A DNA stretch of 64,000 bases from Chloroflexota bacterium (GTDB lineage: Bacteria; Chloroflexota; UBA11872): NCBI GenBank assembly GCA_028874175.1, contig JAPPLN010000087.1, positions 6,977-70,976 on the forward strand. Reading direction: 5' to 3'. The position numbers and the translations under genes were made by a program. The first letter of the stretch is position 1. Each line of letters opens with the position of its first letter. The notes beneath the pieces are model-generated. The model saw nothing but the letters and a program-made list of their open reading frames with translations. It was not told where the DNA came from and did no database searches. This document shows positions 9,596 to 19,175 of this stretch, one piece after another.

Positions 9596-10434
9596 GCCGC
9601 GTCAAGCTGGGCGCGGGAACCTACGCCTTTCGCGACGTAAACGTGTTCGAGGCCCTGCCGCGCGTGCGCCGGATCGGCTTCGAGGCCATCGAGATACTGG
9701 CCGGCGAGGGCTGGCCCACCGCACCGGCGCGCCTGAACCGAGATGATCGGCTCGCGCTTTCGAATGCAATTCGAGATCAGGGCTTCGACTCACCGGCGCT
9801 CATGGCCTTGCTGCCGCTCTGCGAGGAAGGCGACGGCGCGCGAGCCGTCGAAGCCGAGTTTCGCGCCGTCTGCCAGCTCGCCCGCGATCTCTCCTTCTCG
9901 GATGACCCGTCGATTCTCAGCTCTCCCATTGGGCACCAGAGTCCAGCCTGGGAGAGCGGCCGCGTGCGCATCGCCGACCGCCTGTGTGACCTGGCCGACA
10001 TTGCGCAAGAGCACGGGGTGATCCTGGCTGCCGAGCCGCACGTCGGGAATCCGCTGGACAGCCCGGAAAAGGCCGTCTGGCTCATGCAACAGACGAATCA
10101 TCCCGCGCTGCGGCTCAACTTCGATATGAGCCACTTCCACGTGCAGGGGATGGATCTGCGCCACTGTATCGAGGCATGCCTGCCGTTTGCCGCGCACATT
10201 CACGTCAAGGATGGCTACATCGACGCCGACGGCGAGGTTGTCTTTCAGCTTCCCGGCCAGGGAAGCCTGGATCTTGGCGCGTATTTCCGAATCCTGGCAG
10301 AGCACGACTCCACCATTCCCGTCACCGCCGAGGTCAGCGCCATGATCTGGCGACGGCCCGACTACGATCCCTGGGCCGCGGCCGAGCAATCCTTCGCCGC
10401 CCTCGATGCCGCTCGGCGGGCCGCTGGCAGCTAG
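9592..10434 (+). CDS. Sugar phosphate isomerase/epimerase (xylose isomerase-like TIM barrel)
   Basis: AP-endonuclease-2/TIM-barrel family pattern (GFEAIEI..., HVGNPLDSPEKA, HIHVKDG). Confidence 0.65.
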   Translation: MSRVKLGAGTYAFRDVNVFEALPRVRRIGFEAIEILAGEGWPTAPARLNRDDRLALSNAIRDQGFDSPALMALLPLCEEGDGARAVEAEFRAVCQLARDLSFSDDPSILSSPIGHQSPAWESGRVRIADRLCDLADIAQEHGVILAAEPHVGNPLDSPEKAVWLMQQTNHPALRLNFDMSHFHVQGMDLRHCIEACLPFAAHIHVKDGYIDADGEVVFQLPGQGSLDLGAYFRILAEHDSTIPVTAEVSAMIWRRPDYDPWAAAEQSFAALDAARRAAGS

Positions 10435-10584
10435 CCCGCGTACCTACGCCGACGAGTCGTAGATACCGAAGTGCCGGCTATCGCCGACCAAGTTGCGGAA
10501 GGTGTCAAGGCCCCGGCCAACGGGCTGCTTGGCAAGACCTCCGACGATCCCAACTGAGTGACAGCTTGCCGGGAGGCGGGTCGG

Positions 10585-11469
10585 CTACACGTCGAGCCGT
10601 CCGTTGGCCCGCAGCGTCAACAGCGCGTCGAGGGTCACGCTGCCGCGCCACTCCAGCTCACAGGCGCGGCTCAGCGGCTCCCAGGAAATGTTCCATCCGC
10701 CGTCTGGCTGCTGACCCACGGCGAGCCGGTCCAGATTCGCGGCAACATCCTCCGGTCCAACGTGTGCTCGCAGCGGATGATCAGGCGTGGGAGCCCAGTC
10801 GAGAGGCTTGAAGACATAGCCCTCCGCATTGACATCCGCAACCAGGTCGCTCGAGAGCAGCAGGCCGGTCACGCGCGCCAGCTCCGCGTCGGCCCTTGCA
10901 CGATCGGGGACGTTGTAAAGGAACGTAAGCACGACGCCGGCATCGTGAGGATCGCTCAGCTCCAGCTCGGCGATCTTGGACCAGCAAAACGTCGTGGCGG
11001 CTTCCAGCCATTTATGTCGAAAGCCGTTCTGGTGCAGCAGGCCGGCGATGGCGGCCGTTGGATTGACGGATGCGGCCGGCGCGTCGCCGGTCTGCCACCA
11101 GGGCGCCCGCGGGTACTTCAGCGCGGAAGGCAAGAGCCACGGCACGCCGCCTTCCGAGGTCGTGATGGTCAGCAGGTAGTCACATGCATCCGTCACCATT
11201 TCGCCATCGAACCCAACCGTGCTGAGAATCTTGAGCGCGTGCTGCACCGGCACCGGCTGACTGTCTGGACAGCGAATATCCGGTTCAAGGGCGTTGCCGA
11301 ATCCGCCGTCCGCGTTCTGATAGGGGCGCAGCGCGTCCACTACCGCGCCTGGCGAGCCCTCCTTGAAGTGGAACTCGAACAGCCGCCGCTCCAGCAGCCG
11401 GGCGTTCTTCCAAATGAACGCTTCGGCACGCTCCAGGATTGCTTGACCCATTAGGCCCTCCGAAGTCAC
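10585..11469 (-). CDS. Alpha/alpha-toroid protein with prenyltransferase/squalene-oxidase-type QxxDGG(W/F) repeats
   Basis: QNADGGFG and QQPDGGWN repeat motifs. No closer family was recognised. Confidence 0.45.
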   Translation of the reverse strand: MTSEGLMGQAILERAEAFIWKNARLLERRLFEFHFKEGSPGAVVDALRPYQNADGGFGNALEPDIRCPDSQPVPVQHALKILSTVGFDGEMVTDACDYLLTITTSEGGVPWLLPSALKYPRAPWWQTGDAPAASVNPTAAIAGLLHQNGFRHKWLEAATTFCWSKIAELELSDPHDAGVVLTFLYNVPDRARADAELARVTGLLLSSDLVADVNAEGYVFKPLDWAPTPDHPLRAHVGPEDVAANLDRLAVGQQPDGGWNISWEPLSRACELEWRGSVTLDALLTLRANGRLDV

Positions 11470-11566
11470 AGGGCGCTGGGGCCCGATCTGATGCGGCGCC
11501 GCAGCCCGGATCGCGACCGGTACGGTTCAAGCGTCCGCCTGCGAGTGCCGCCAGTTGTCAGAAGGG

Positions 11567-12442
11567 TCAATCCCACGAATCCAAGCCGAGCAGTTTCCGG
11601 CCCAGCTCGGTCAGGACGGCCGGCGACTGCGTCCGATGTTCCCTGTCGCGAGGATCCTGCGGCCAGCCCGACCCGCCCTCTGGCGACCTGGCCGGCCGGC
11701 GCTCCCGCCACGACTCGATGCGCAATCGCCGCAACTCCTCGTCGTCTTCCGCGGGCTGCATGGTGATGTACTGGGCCAGGCGCGGCCTGTCGGACCTGTT
11801 GTGGCCGTTACCGTGCGCCAGCATGCGGTCCCAGACAATCAGGTCGCCTGCCTTGCCGGCAATTGGCTTCACCTCAAGTCCTTCCAGGTCGGGCGACCAG
11901 GGGTCGCGGTCGGCGGGCTGCGTCTTCACCCAGTCGTCAAAGCCGCGATGAAAGCCCGGAACACACTGGAAGCCGCCCTGGTCCTCCGCCGTGTCGGTCA
12001 GGTACAGCACCCCTTGCACCCCAAACGGAATCTCCCGGCGCGACGTGTCCACGTCCCAGTGAATCATTCCCGTATGACCCCACGCCGGCCGGTCGGCTCG
12101 AACAGGCGGCTTCATGTTGACCCGGTCGAGCGACACCCACAGCCGCTCGCTGCCAAAAATCTGCGCGAAGGCCTGGTGCACCCGCGGGAACTGCCGGTTA
12201 TCCCACATCGCCTGGTGCTGGTACATCGACACCATGCCGGCCTCGGAAATCGGCGTCTGCGGATCGTTCCGGTCATACGGCGCCCATTTGTACCAATCGT
12301 CCGGGTTGCTCGTGTCCATCTCCAGGAAGTCCCAGATGGCGTCAACCAGCCTCGCCAGCTGCTCCCCCGGCACCGCATCGGACACCACCACATACCCGTG
12401 TTCGTCCCAAAACGCCAGATCCCGTTCGCTCAGCACCCGCAT
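11567..12442 (-). CDS. Phytanoyl-CoA dioxygenase (PhyH) family Fe(II)/2-oxoglutarate oxygenase, paralog 1
   Basis: HWDVD (His-x-Asp) motif and a distal His (LAHGNGHNRS). Typical PhyH N-terminus (LSERDLAFWDEHGYVVV). Confidence 0.75.
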   Translation of the reverse strand: MRVLSERDLAFWDEHGYVVVSDAVPGEQLARLVDAIWDFLEMDTSNPDDWYKWAPYDRNDPQTPISEAGMVSMYQHQAMWDNRQFPRVHQAFAQIFGSERLWVSLDRVNMKPPVRADRPAWGHTGMIHWDVDTSRREIPFGVQGVLYLTDTAEDQGGFQCVPGFHRGFDDWVKTQPADRDPWSPDLEGLEVKPIAGKAGDLIVWDRMLAHGNGHNRSDRPRLAQYITMQPAEDDEELRRLRIESWRERRPARSPEGGSGWPQDPRDREHRTQSPAVLTELGRKLLGLDSWD

Positions 12443-12634
12443 GCCATTGCACCGCGTTGAATCTCCCGGTGCACTCTAGCGGCTGGGGAAACCGGATACC
12501 CCGCGCCTGTCCGGCCGGGCCAGGGCGGCGACCGGAACCCGGACGCCGCCGCCTTCCCTCGCCAGGCTATGTACTCGCTCCGTAGAGCCCACTAGAATCC
12601 GGCGACGAGGCCTATGCCGTTCGGCGTCGAAACA

Positions 12635-12895
12635 ATGAGCCTCTCAGCCAGGCATCGCGATCACTTCCTGCGTAAGGGCTACCTGGTCGCTGGGCACGTC
12701 TTCGGTCCTACTGAAGACCTCCGGTCGATCGGCGGTGAGTACCCCGATGTCCTCGATCACGGAGCCCGGCGCCTGCACTCTGCCGGCGGATTCCGCCGTA
12801 CCGTTGGCGACCTGCGGTTCGAGCAACGCGCCTATCCGCTGACCCGGCGCGCACGGCCGAACAACGCCCTTCAGCGGCCCGACGGACGTCGCTGA
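12635..12895 (+). pseudogene. Truncated PhyH-family paralog: only ~55 N-terminal residues are homologous to the 21216..22184 gene, then the frame diverges
   Basis: MSLSARHRDHFLRKGYLVAGHVFGPTEDL...FEQRA aligns with MSLTAEQLDHFQREGYVVARDVLLPGEDL...FEQRA of the 21216 gene. The ORF continues as unrelated sequence and stops where the next gene starts. Confidence 0.6.
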
Positions 12896-14427
12896 TGCCG
12901 GCCGCCTATCCGGAATCGGTCGTCCTGTCGAGGGCGCCGGGCCACAGCGTCCTCTTCGCCGACCTGCTTGAGGTGGCCGAGATGCACAACGCGCGCCTCG
13001 TCGTGACCGATGCCACGAAACACCCGGCCAATCCCGTCCTCCCGGCCGGGCTGATCGGACGCTGGGATTCAATGCAGGCGTCGCCCTGGCAGGGGACCGT
13101 TCTCTGGGATGCCGAAGATGGCCTGTTCAAGTGCTGGTACATGGGCATTGACGCCGAGGAGGCCGGCATCCAGCGACCGCGCACGGGCTACGCCACCAGC
13201 GTGGACGGCATCGCCTGGGACCGTCCGGACCTTGGCATCTGTGACTACAAGGGCTCGCGCGCCAACAACCTGCTCGTTGACAACACGCCGCGCCGAACGA
13301 ATGGTCCCTGCCTCAAGGACATAGCGGACCCGAATCCCGATCGTCGCTACAAGCTCTTCCTTCCGGACGAACACGAGAACAAGGAGATTTGGAACTCACC
13401 CGACGGCATTCACTTCACGCGCGAGGGGAAGCCGTGTCTGACGTCCGCTCGCACGCCGGACGGGGCCTACCGCTGGCTCCCCGATCCTCAAGCGTGGTTC
13501 GACGTGCACCAGGTGTTGTACGACCCCCAGGACCCCGATCCGCAGCGTCGCTACAAGTGCTACGGCCAGATCTCCGCGCCCAAGTCGCCTGAGCGAGGCG
13601 GCTGGACGAGCCGCAAGGGCGGCATGGCGTTCGGCCCGGACCCGTGGACGTGGACCCGCTCAACCCACAACCCCATCATCGACCCTTACGATGGCGAGGA
13701 GTTTCAAATCCACTTCATCTCGGTCTTCCCGTGGAAGGGCTACTACTTCATGCTCTACGAATTCGGGTGGATCGAGCCGCTGCTCGATTCATACGTGGGA
13801 GACGTGCGGCTCGCCGTCAGCCGGGACGGCGAGGTATTCAGGCGCGTGAACGCCCATGAGCCCGTGATTCGTCGCGGCGCCAGGCACGAGTGGGACAGCG
13901 GTTTCATCGTGACTTCAAGCGACGTGGTCGTGTACGGCTCTGAGCTTCGCCTCTACTACTCCGGTCAGGCCGAGACCTGGACGCTGTGGCCGCTCGGCGA
14001 CCGCGTGCCCAAAAAAGTGGGATGGCCGCAGAGCGTCGGAAGCATCTACCCCGCCCAGATGGGGCTCGCCACGCTCCCGCTCGACGGCTTCACCGGCCTC
14101 GAGTCCCGCGATCGCGAGATGCCGGCCATCGTTACGACGATTCCGATCGAGCCCACGGCTGCGGCGGTTGGGCTTTCCGCAAGCGTCAGCCGGACGCTGG
14201 CCGGCCGCAGCTGGATCGACGTCGCCGTGCTCGGCTCGAACGGCGAGGAAATCGACGGAAACGGGCGTGCCAACTGCCATCACCTCAGCACCGATGGCGC
14301 CGATCAACCGGTCCGCTGGACCGACTCCCTGCGCCTGCCGTCCGTCGCCGAGCCCGTGCAGTTGCGATTCTGGATCTATGGCCAGGCTCGGCTGCACGGC
14401 TTCACCTTTACGGATCGTTCACAATGA
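12895..14427 (+). CDS. Five-bladed beta-propeller glycoside-hydrolase-like protein (GH43/GH32/GH117/GH130 superfamily-like); family not resolved
   Basis: N-terminal NPVL...W(D/E)...DG.Y pattern, repeated HNPII, WDSGF and LYYSG blade motifs, and a C-terminal beta-sandwich-like extension. Confidence 0.45.
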   Translation: MPAAYPESVVLSRAPGHSVLFADLLEVAEMHNARLVVTDATKHPANPVLPAGLIGRWDSMQASPWQGTVLWDAEDGLFKCWYMGIDAEEAGIQRPRTGYATSVDGIAWDRPDLGICDYKGSRANNLLVDNTPRRTNGPCLKDIADPNPDRRYKLFLPDEHENKEIWNSPDGIHFTREGKPCLTSARTPDGAYRWLPDPQAWFDVHQVLYDPQDPDPQRRYKCYGQISAPKSPERGGWTSRKGGMAFGPDPWTWTRSTHNPIIDPYDGEEFQIHFISVFPWKGYYFMLYEFGWIEPLLDSYVGDVRLAVSRDGEVFRRVNAHEPVIRRGARHEWDSGFIVTSSDVVVYGSELRLYYSGQAETWTLWPLGDRVPKKVGWPQSVGSIYPAQMGLATLPLDGFTGLESRDREMPAIVTTIPIEPTAAAVGLSASVSRTLAGRSWIDVAVLGSNGEEIDGNGRANCHHLSTDGADQPVRWTDSLRLPSVAEPVQLRFWIYGQARLHGFTFTDRSQ

Positions 14428-14485
14428 CCCTCGATCGAACGCCTCGACCGGCACTGAGCCGAGAGTGGAACAGGAGGAGACGACC

Positions 14486-15265
14486 GTGTTAATGACCCGC
14501 ACACTCAATCGCTTGACCGCATCACAGGTCGGGGCCTTCCACGACCAGGGATTCCTGGTGCTCGAGGACGCCATCGCGCCGGATGATCTCGACGTCCTGC
14601 GAGCGTCGGTCGATGTGCTCGAGGCCTGGGCCCAGCACCATCGACACCCCCACTTCGACGTCGAGAAGACCAGCACGCATGGCCACGTCGCGTTGCGAAA
14701 GATCCAGGCAATCCATCACCACGGCGGCGCGCCCTGGCGCGCGCTGATGACCTATCCGTCCACGCTGGATGTCTACGAGGACTTGCTAGGGCCGGATCTC
14801 CGGTTCCACCACTCCAAGTTGATGATGAAGCCCCCGTTCGAGGGATCGGCCAAGCACTGGCACCAGGACCTATCGGAGGGCTTCGTCTCGCCGGCGGAGG
14901 TCGACCGGCTCATCGAACAGGGCACGGACCTGACGCCGGAGCGCGCGCCGGTGGTGGCGATCCAGTACTACCTGGATGACTCGTCGGCGGAGAACGGCTG
15001 TATCGAGGTGGTGCCCGGCAGTCACCGGCGTGGCCTGCACACCAACCCGCTGGCCCCGGAGCTGTTTAGTCGCGATGAAGTCGTCCAGGCCGAGGTGCCG
15101 GCGGGTGGCGCGCTCCTCTTCCACTGCCTCACCTATCACTTCTCCGCGCCGAATACCTCACCGCACAAGCGCCGCGGGCCCGTCTATGAGTACTTCGCCC
15201 CGACCGACGACGTAGCGTTGCTCCCGCGACAGCAGGACTACGGGCTGCCCGTTCGCACAGGCTGA
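14486..15265 (+). CDS. PhyH-family Fe(II)/2OG oxygenase, paralog 3
   Basis: HWHQD motif and HCLTYHFSAPN distal His. GGAGGAG SD lies 6 nt before GTG 14486 (ATG 14492 is an alternative). The track ORF 14168..15265 is over-extended into the upstream gene. Confidence 0.75.
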   Translation: MLMTRTLNRLTASQVGAFHDQGFLVLEDAIAPDDLDVLRASVDVLEAWAQHHRHPHFDVEKTSTHGHVALRKIQAIHHHGGAPWRALMTYPSTLDVYEDLLGPDLRFHHSKLMMKPPFEGSAKHWHQDLSEGFVSPAEVDRLIEQGTDLTPERAPVVAIQYYLDDSSAENGCIEVVPGSHRRGLHTNPLAPELFSRDEVVQAEVPAGGALLFHCLTYHFSAPNTSPHKRRGPVYEYFAPTDDVALLPRQQDYGLPVRTG

Positions 15266-15440
15266 GGACTAACCTGACCAACACTCAGTCTTTGTAACCA
15301 GGACTGGTGCACGTCAGGCGACGGGCACCAGCTTGGCTTGGGCGGTGTTGACCGGCACGGTCTCGGCGGGTTCGTTCAACTTCAAGGCGCCGCTGGGACA
15401 TCCTCCTCGCGTGTGTGCGAGGCCACACCGGGCCCGGCCG

Positions 15441-16283
15441 CTAGCTGGCCGCCTCCCGTTTCAGTTCCTCCATCATGTCACGATGCCGGCGCAGCATCTC
15501 GGCGTCCTGCCCGGCCAGGTAGGTGCGCTCCATCTCGTTCGCCACGGCCGGCGCTGGCCACGCCGGGATGTCGATTCGCGCCGTGGTGATCCGATCGACG
15601 CCCCACGTGTACGCCACCACCTCGCCCTTGCTGATGATCAGATTGACGCCCACGGCCGCCTCGACCACCGGCACACCGTTTTCCCGCGCCCGCGCCAGTA
15701 CAGCCTCGTTCTGGGCGCGTTTTCGCGATCCGAACGATGGGATCAACAGCACTTGCGCGCCGTCCATGACCTGGGTCCGGACGATGTGGGCGTTCCAGCG
15801 GTCATTGCAGATCAGCACGCCCACCCGCCCAATGGGGGTATCGATGCCTCGCAATCGCCGCCCGACCCGATTGAAGTCCCACGACGGATGCGTGCCTTCG
15901 GACAGCTGCGTCTTGCGATACGTGCCGCACAGCTCCCCGTCAGACCCGATGAAGGCGGCGCAGTTGTAAATCCCGTCATCGCGGCGCTCGGCGAATCCGA
16001 AACAGATGTTCCGCTTCAGGCTGCGCGCCACCGATTGAAAGCGCTGGATATACGGCCCGTCGAGGGGCTCGGCCAGTGCCCGCATCGCGTCCGTCTTGGA
16101 AGGGTCGCGGACGACTTCCATGACCACGTAGCCCTCGAGAAATCCCTCCGGCGCCACGATGACGTCTGGCCGGTCACGCGCGGCCTCGCGAATGAACGCC
16201 TCGAGCTTGTCGGCGTTCTGAACCTTGTCCCACTTGGTCGGCTTGATGGAAAGCGCGCTCGCGACTATCGAGTGGTACGTCAG
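15441..16283 (-). CDS. Carbon-nitrogen hydrolase (nitrilase/amidase superfamily); the track ORF (15441..16157) lacks the N-terminal beta-strand and catalytic Glu, which are encoded in frame upstream with no ATG/GTG/TTG
   Basis: Catalytic Lys (TYRKTQL) and Cys (LICNDRW) are in the track ORF. The in-frame upstream translation gives ...MTYHSIVASALSIKPTKWDKVQNADKLEAFIREAARDRPDVIVAPEGF (catalytic Glu), with CTG at ~16281-16283 two nt after the upstream TAA. Confidence 0.6.
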   Translation of the reverse strand: MTYHSIVASALSIKPTKWDKVQNADKLEAFIREAARDRPDVIVAPEGFLEGYVVMEVVRDPSKTDAMRALAEPLDGPYIQRFQSVARSLKRNICFGFAERRDDGIYNCAAFIGSDGELCGTYRKTQLSEGTHPSWDFNRVGRRLRGIDTPIGRVGVLICNDRWNAHIVRTQVMDGAQVLLIPSFGSRKRAQNEAVLARARENGVPVVEAAVGVNLIISKGEVVAYTWGVDRITTARIDIPAWPAPAVANEMERTYLAGQDAEMLRRHRDMMEELKREAAS

Positions 16284-16285
16284 GC

Positions 16286-17407
16286 TTAGCTGCCCGGTGC
16301 GGCCGAATCGGGGCCTGGCACTCCCATCAACCGCGCCGCGGTTCCGCCGAGGATCGCGTCGCGGTCCTCATCCGCGAGGAATTCGCAGTACCGGCCTATG
16401 AAATCGACGTTCTGCCGATACGTCCAAAAGCGCATGACCATCGGCATATCCGTTCCCCAGATCAGCCGCCGGGCGCCGATTCGACGCACGCACATCTCGA
16501 TGACCGGTTGCACTTCTCGCATCGGATAGTCCCAGACATTGCCCAATGAAATCGGAAAGAGCAGCTGGAGATGCAGCCGCTGGTTTGCAAACGGTTCCCA
16601 GACGTAGTCCGGCAACGCAACGCGATCGCCCTCGATGTACATCCGCCAGGGGAAACCGTGCGTGTGCACCACGGTGGTGTCCGGGTATCGCTCCATCCAG
16701 CGTTCCAGGGTTCGCAGTTCGTTGCGATAGCTCTCGATCGCCGGGTCCCGTCGACCTAGCAGCGTGAGGTAGACGGGCACGCCCAGATCCGCAACCGCAT
16801 CCCAGAACGGTCGATACTCGGGCCCATCCCACGCCTCGTGGTGCCCATACAGGTCCATCTGGTACGGCATGAATTGCAGACCGCTGAGCTTGAGCTCGGT
16901 TATCGCGCGCGTCACTTCGGCGATCGCTGCATCGGGGTCGTCGGCGACGCGCCACTCGGCGACATGCGCGAGAGCACGCAGTCGCTGTGGGAAGCCCCGA
17001 ACACAGGCGGCCATGTAGTCGTTCGTCGTTCCCTGGAACTTGTGCAGCAAGGCCCATTCGACATCGGCGTAGTCCATCTCGGCCACCAGCCGCTCCGGCG
17101 GGTAGGCCATGTCCTGCATGGACGGGGGCTGATACTGCTTGGCGATAACCTCGTTGCCGCTCCGCCACTCGTAGCGCCCGAACCCCGCAGCGCGAAAGTC
17201 AGCCTCCTTGAGCGAGTTGAGCGTTTCCCAGCGCTCGAGATCGATCAGCGCATCGACACCCGCGGCCGCGCGGTCGCGAGTCCGCCACGCCGGTTGATGA
17301 TGTTTGCCCATCTCCCGCTGGAGGTGCCGCAGCGGATCCTCCTCGGATGGCGGATCCAGCCGTTCGTTCGGACTCGGAAAGCAGTACGCATGGCCATCAA
17401 CGATCAT
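16286..17407 (-). CDS. Amidohydrolase-2 family (metal-dependent TIM-barrel hydrolase, ACMSD-like)
   Basis: MIVDGHAYCFP start, typical of PF04909-type proteins. The track ORF extends to 17488 into the sulfatase gene. Confidence 0.7.
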   Translation of the reverse strand: MIVDGHAYCFPSPNERLDPPSEEDPLRHLQREMGKHHQPAWRTRDRAAAGVDALIDLERWETLNSLKEADFRAAGFGRYEWRSGNEVIAKQYQPPSMQDMAYPPERLVAEMDYADVEWALLHKFQGTTNDYMAACVRGFPQRLRALAHVAEWRVADDPDAAIAEVTRAITELKLSGLQFMPYQMDLYGHHEAWDGPEYRPFWDAVADLGVPVYLTLLGRRDPAIESYRNELRTLERWMERYPDTTVVHTHGFPWRMYIEGDRVALPDYVWEPFANQRLHLQLLFPISLGNVWDYPMREVQPVIEMCVRRIGARRLIWGTDMPMVMRFWTYRQNVDFIGRYCEFLADEDRDAILGGTAARLMGVPGPDSAAPGS

Positions 17408-17435
17408 CGCCGTCCCCCAGTCCAGGCGCTCGAAT

Positions 17436-18917
17436 TCATCGATCTTGCCGCCGCGGCGGACCCGGATCGGCCGCCATCGCCGTGGCATCGAAACTCCGCG
17501 TAATGAGATCCGCCTTCACGTCCCGAAAGTCGGGATCGTTCCAGCGATCCACATACTCCCAGGGATCGTCGTCCAGGTCGTAAAGCTCGCCCGTGCCGTG
17601 GTTGTGGTAGACCACGAGCTTCCAGCGTCGATCGCGGTACATCGTGGCAAAGCTCCGTCCCGCCGGCCGTCCGCGCGCCCCGTAATACTCCGTGCGAACG
17701 AAGTCCCGATGCGCCTCGCTGTCGTCGTCACCGCGTTCGATTACGCGTGCGAGCGACCGGCCCTGCATCAGCGGTGGGATCGGCTGTCCGGCGAATTCCA
17801 GCAGTGTTGGGGCCACATCGGTCAACTCCACCAGCGAATCGCAGCGACGCCCTGCGGGAATCCGCCCCGGCCACGCCATCAGTAGCGGAACGCGCACCAT
17901 CCCTTCGTAGAACCGGCAGCCTTTTTCCAGCAGCCCGTGATCGCCCAGCATCTCGCCGTGATCGCTCATGAAGACAATCACGGTATCGCGGCGTTGTCCG
18001 GTAGCCTCCAGGTGCTCGACGATTCGTCCGAATTCCGCGTCGATGAGCTCGATCATCGCGTAGTACGCGGCCCGGACGCGCCTGGCGTCCATATCGGACG
18101 GACGCGTGGGCACTGGCCGGCGCGCCCGCCACTCGATGTCCGCGAGACGTTCCTGCTGTTCAAGGTCGCTCTCCCGGAAGTAGGGATCGGACAGCGAATC
18201 GGGGTCGTAGCGTCGGTAGTACTCCCACGGCGGATCGAACGGCGGATGGGGATCATTGACGTTCACGCACAGGAGCCACGGCTCACGCGCCTGCTCGATA
18301 AACGCGATCGCCCGCTCCGTGCACCACGTTGACTGGTGCAGCGCGTAAGGGATGTTGTCCTGTTCCGGCGTCGGCGCATAGAGCCGATTCGGCGTGGTTG
18401 GCCGGCGTGCGAAGACAGCCGACGGCTCGTGGCCCTGCGCGCGAATCCAGTCGGCGTAGCCATGAACGCTCGGCGCCCAATCGTCGTGCGGACCCAGGCT
18501 CCAATCGAACCACCCAAACCCATCGTTCCCGCGAGGCTCGGTGGCGTGCGGATCGCCGTGCCCGTCCGCCAGGTGGAGCTTTCCAACCAGCCCGCACTCG
18601 TAGCCCGCGTCCGCCAGCAGCCGGCTGACCAGCGTGGTCTCTGCCGCCGGCGGAAAGTAATCGAGCGCGTTGTAGTTGACGTGGATGGCACTCGGATAGC
18701 GACCGGTCATGAAGCTCGCTCGACTCGGACAGCACAACGGGCTCTGACAGTACGCATGGGTAAACGCCGCTCCCCGACGAACCAACGCGTCAAGGTGTGG
18801 CGTTCGAATCTCGGGATTTCCCAGGGCCGCCACCGTGTCGAACCGTTGGTGGTCGGTGCAGTGCCAGAGGATGTTTGGCGGCTTCTGCGGCGCGGCGGTC
18901 AGGGGATCGTCTGCCAT
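17436..18917 (-). CDS. Formylglycine-dependent sulfatase (arylsulfatase family)
   Basis: C-x-P-x-R signature (CCPSRASFMTGRY) and a metal-binding N-terminus (NILWHCTDHQRFD). Confidence 0.85.
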   Translation of the reverse strand: MADDPLTAAPQKPPNILWHCTDHQRFDTVAALGNPEIRTPHLDALVRRGAAFTHAYCQSPLCCPSRASFMTGRYPSAIHVNYNALDYFPPAAETTLVSRLLADAGYECGLVGKLHLADGHGDPHATEPRGNDGFGWFDWSLGPHDDWAPSVHGYADWIRAQGHEPSAVFARRPTTPNRLYAPTPEQDNIPYALHQSTWCTERAIAFIEQAREPWLLCVNVNDPHPPFDPPWEYYRRYDPDSLSDPYFRESDLEQQERLADIEWRARRPVPTRPSDMDARRVRAAYYAMIELIDAEFGRIVEHLEATGQRRDTVIVFMSDHGEMLGDHGLLEKGCRFYEGMVRVPLLMAWPGRIPAGRRCDSLVELTDVAPTLLEFAGQPIPPLMQGRSLARVIERGDDDSEAHRDFVRTEYYGARGRPAGRSFATMYRDRRWKLVVYHNHGTGELYDLDDDPWEYVDRWNDPDFRDVKADLITRSFDATAMAADPGPPRRQDR

Positions 18918-19175
18918 GGGACTCCGTCAGGCCTGCCGGCTAAACCCGCGCGGACACTCTCGGGAGCGAAGTCGACCAGAATCATCCATGCCGACCACCG
19001 TACTCGCTGCCGCAACCGCGCGACGACTGCGCCGCCTCATGTCACGCCAACTCCACAACGGCCGGAACCGGTGTCCGCCGCCAGCGGCCGTCCGGCGAGA
19101 CGCACGACACCTGGCCTCACGTAGGCGTTTCTGCCGCACGAACGCTGGCGGCCGGCATGCGTCCGTCGACCTGCG

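Noticed and set aside
15405-15422. Hairpin CCTCGCgtgtgtGCGAGG immediately downstream of the CN hydrolase stop as an intrinsic terminator
   Set aside because: GC-rich stem present but no following U-tract on the relevant strand. Plausible as a factor-dependent or bidirectional terminator, but not supportable from sequence alone.
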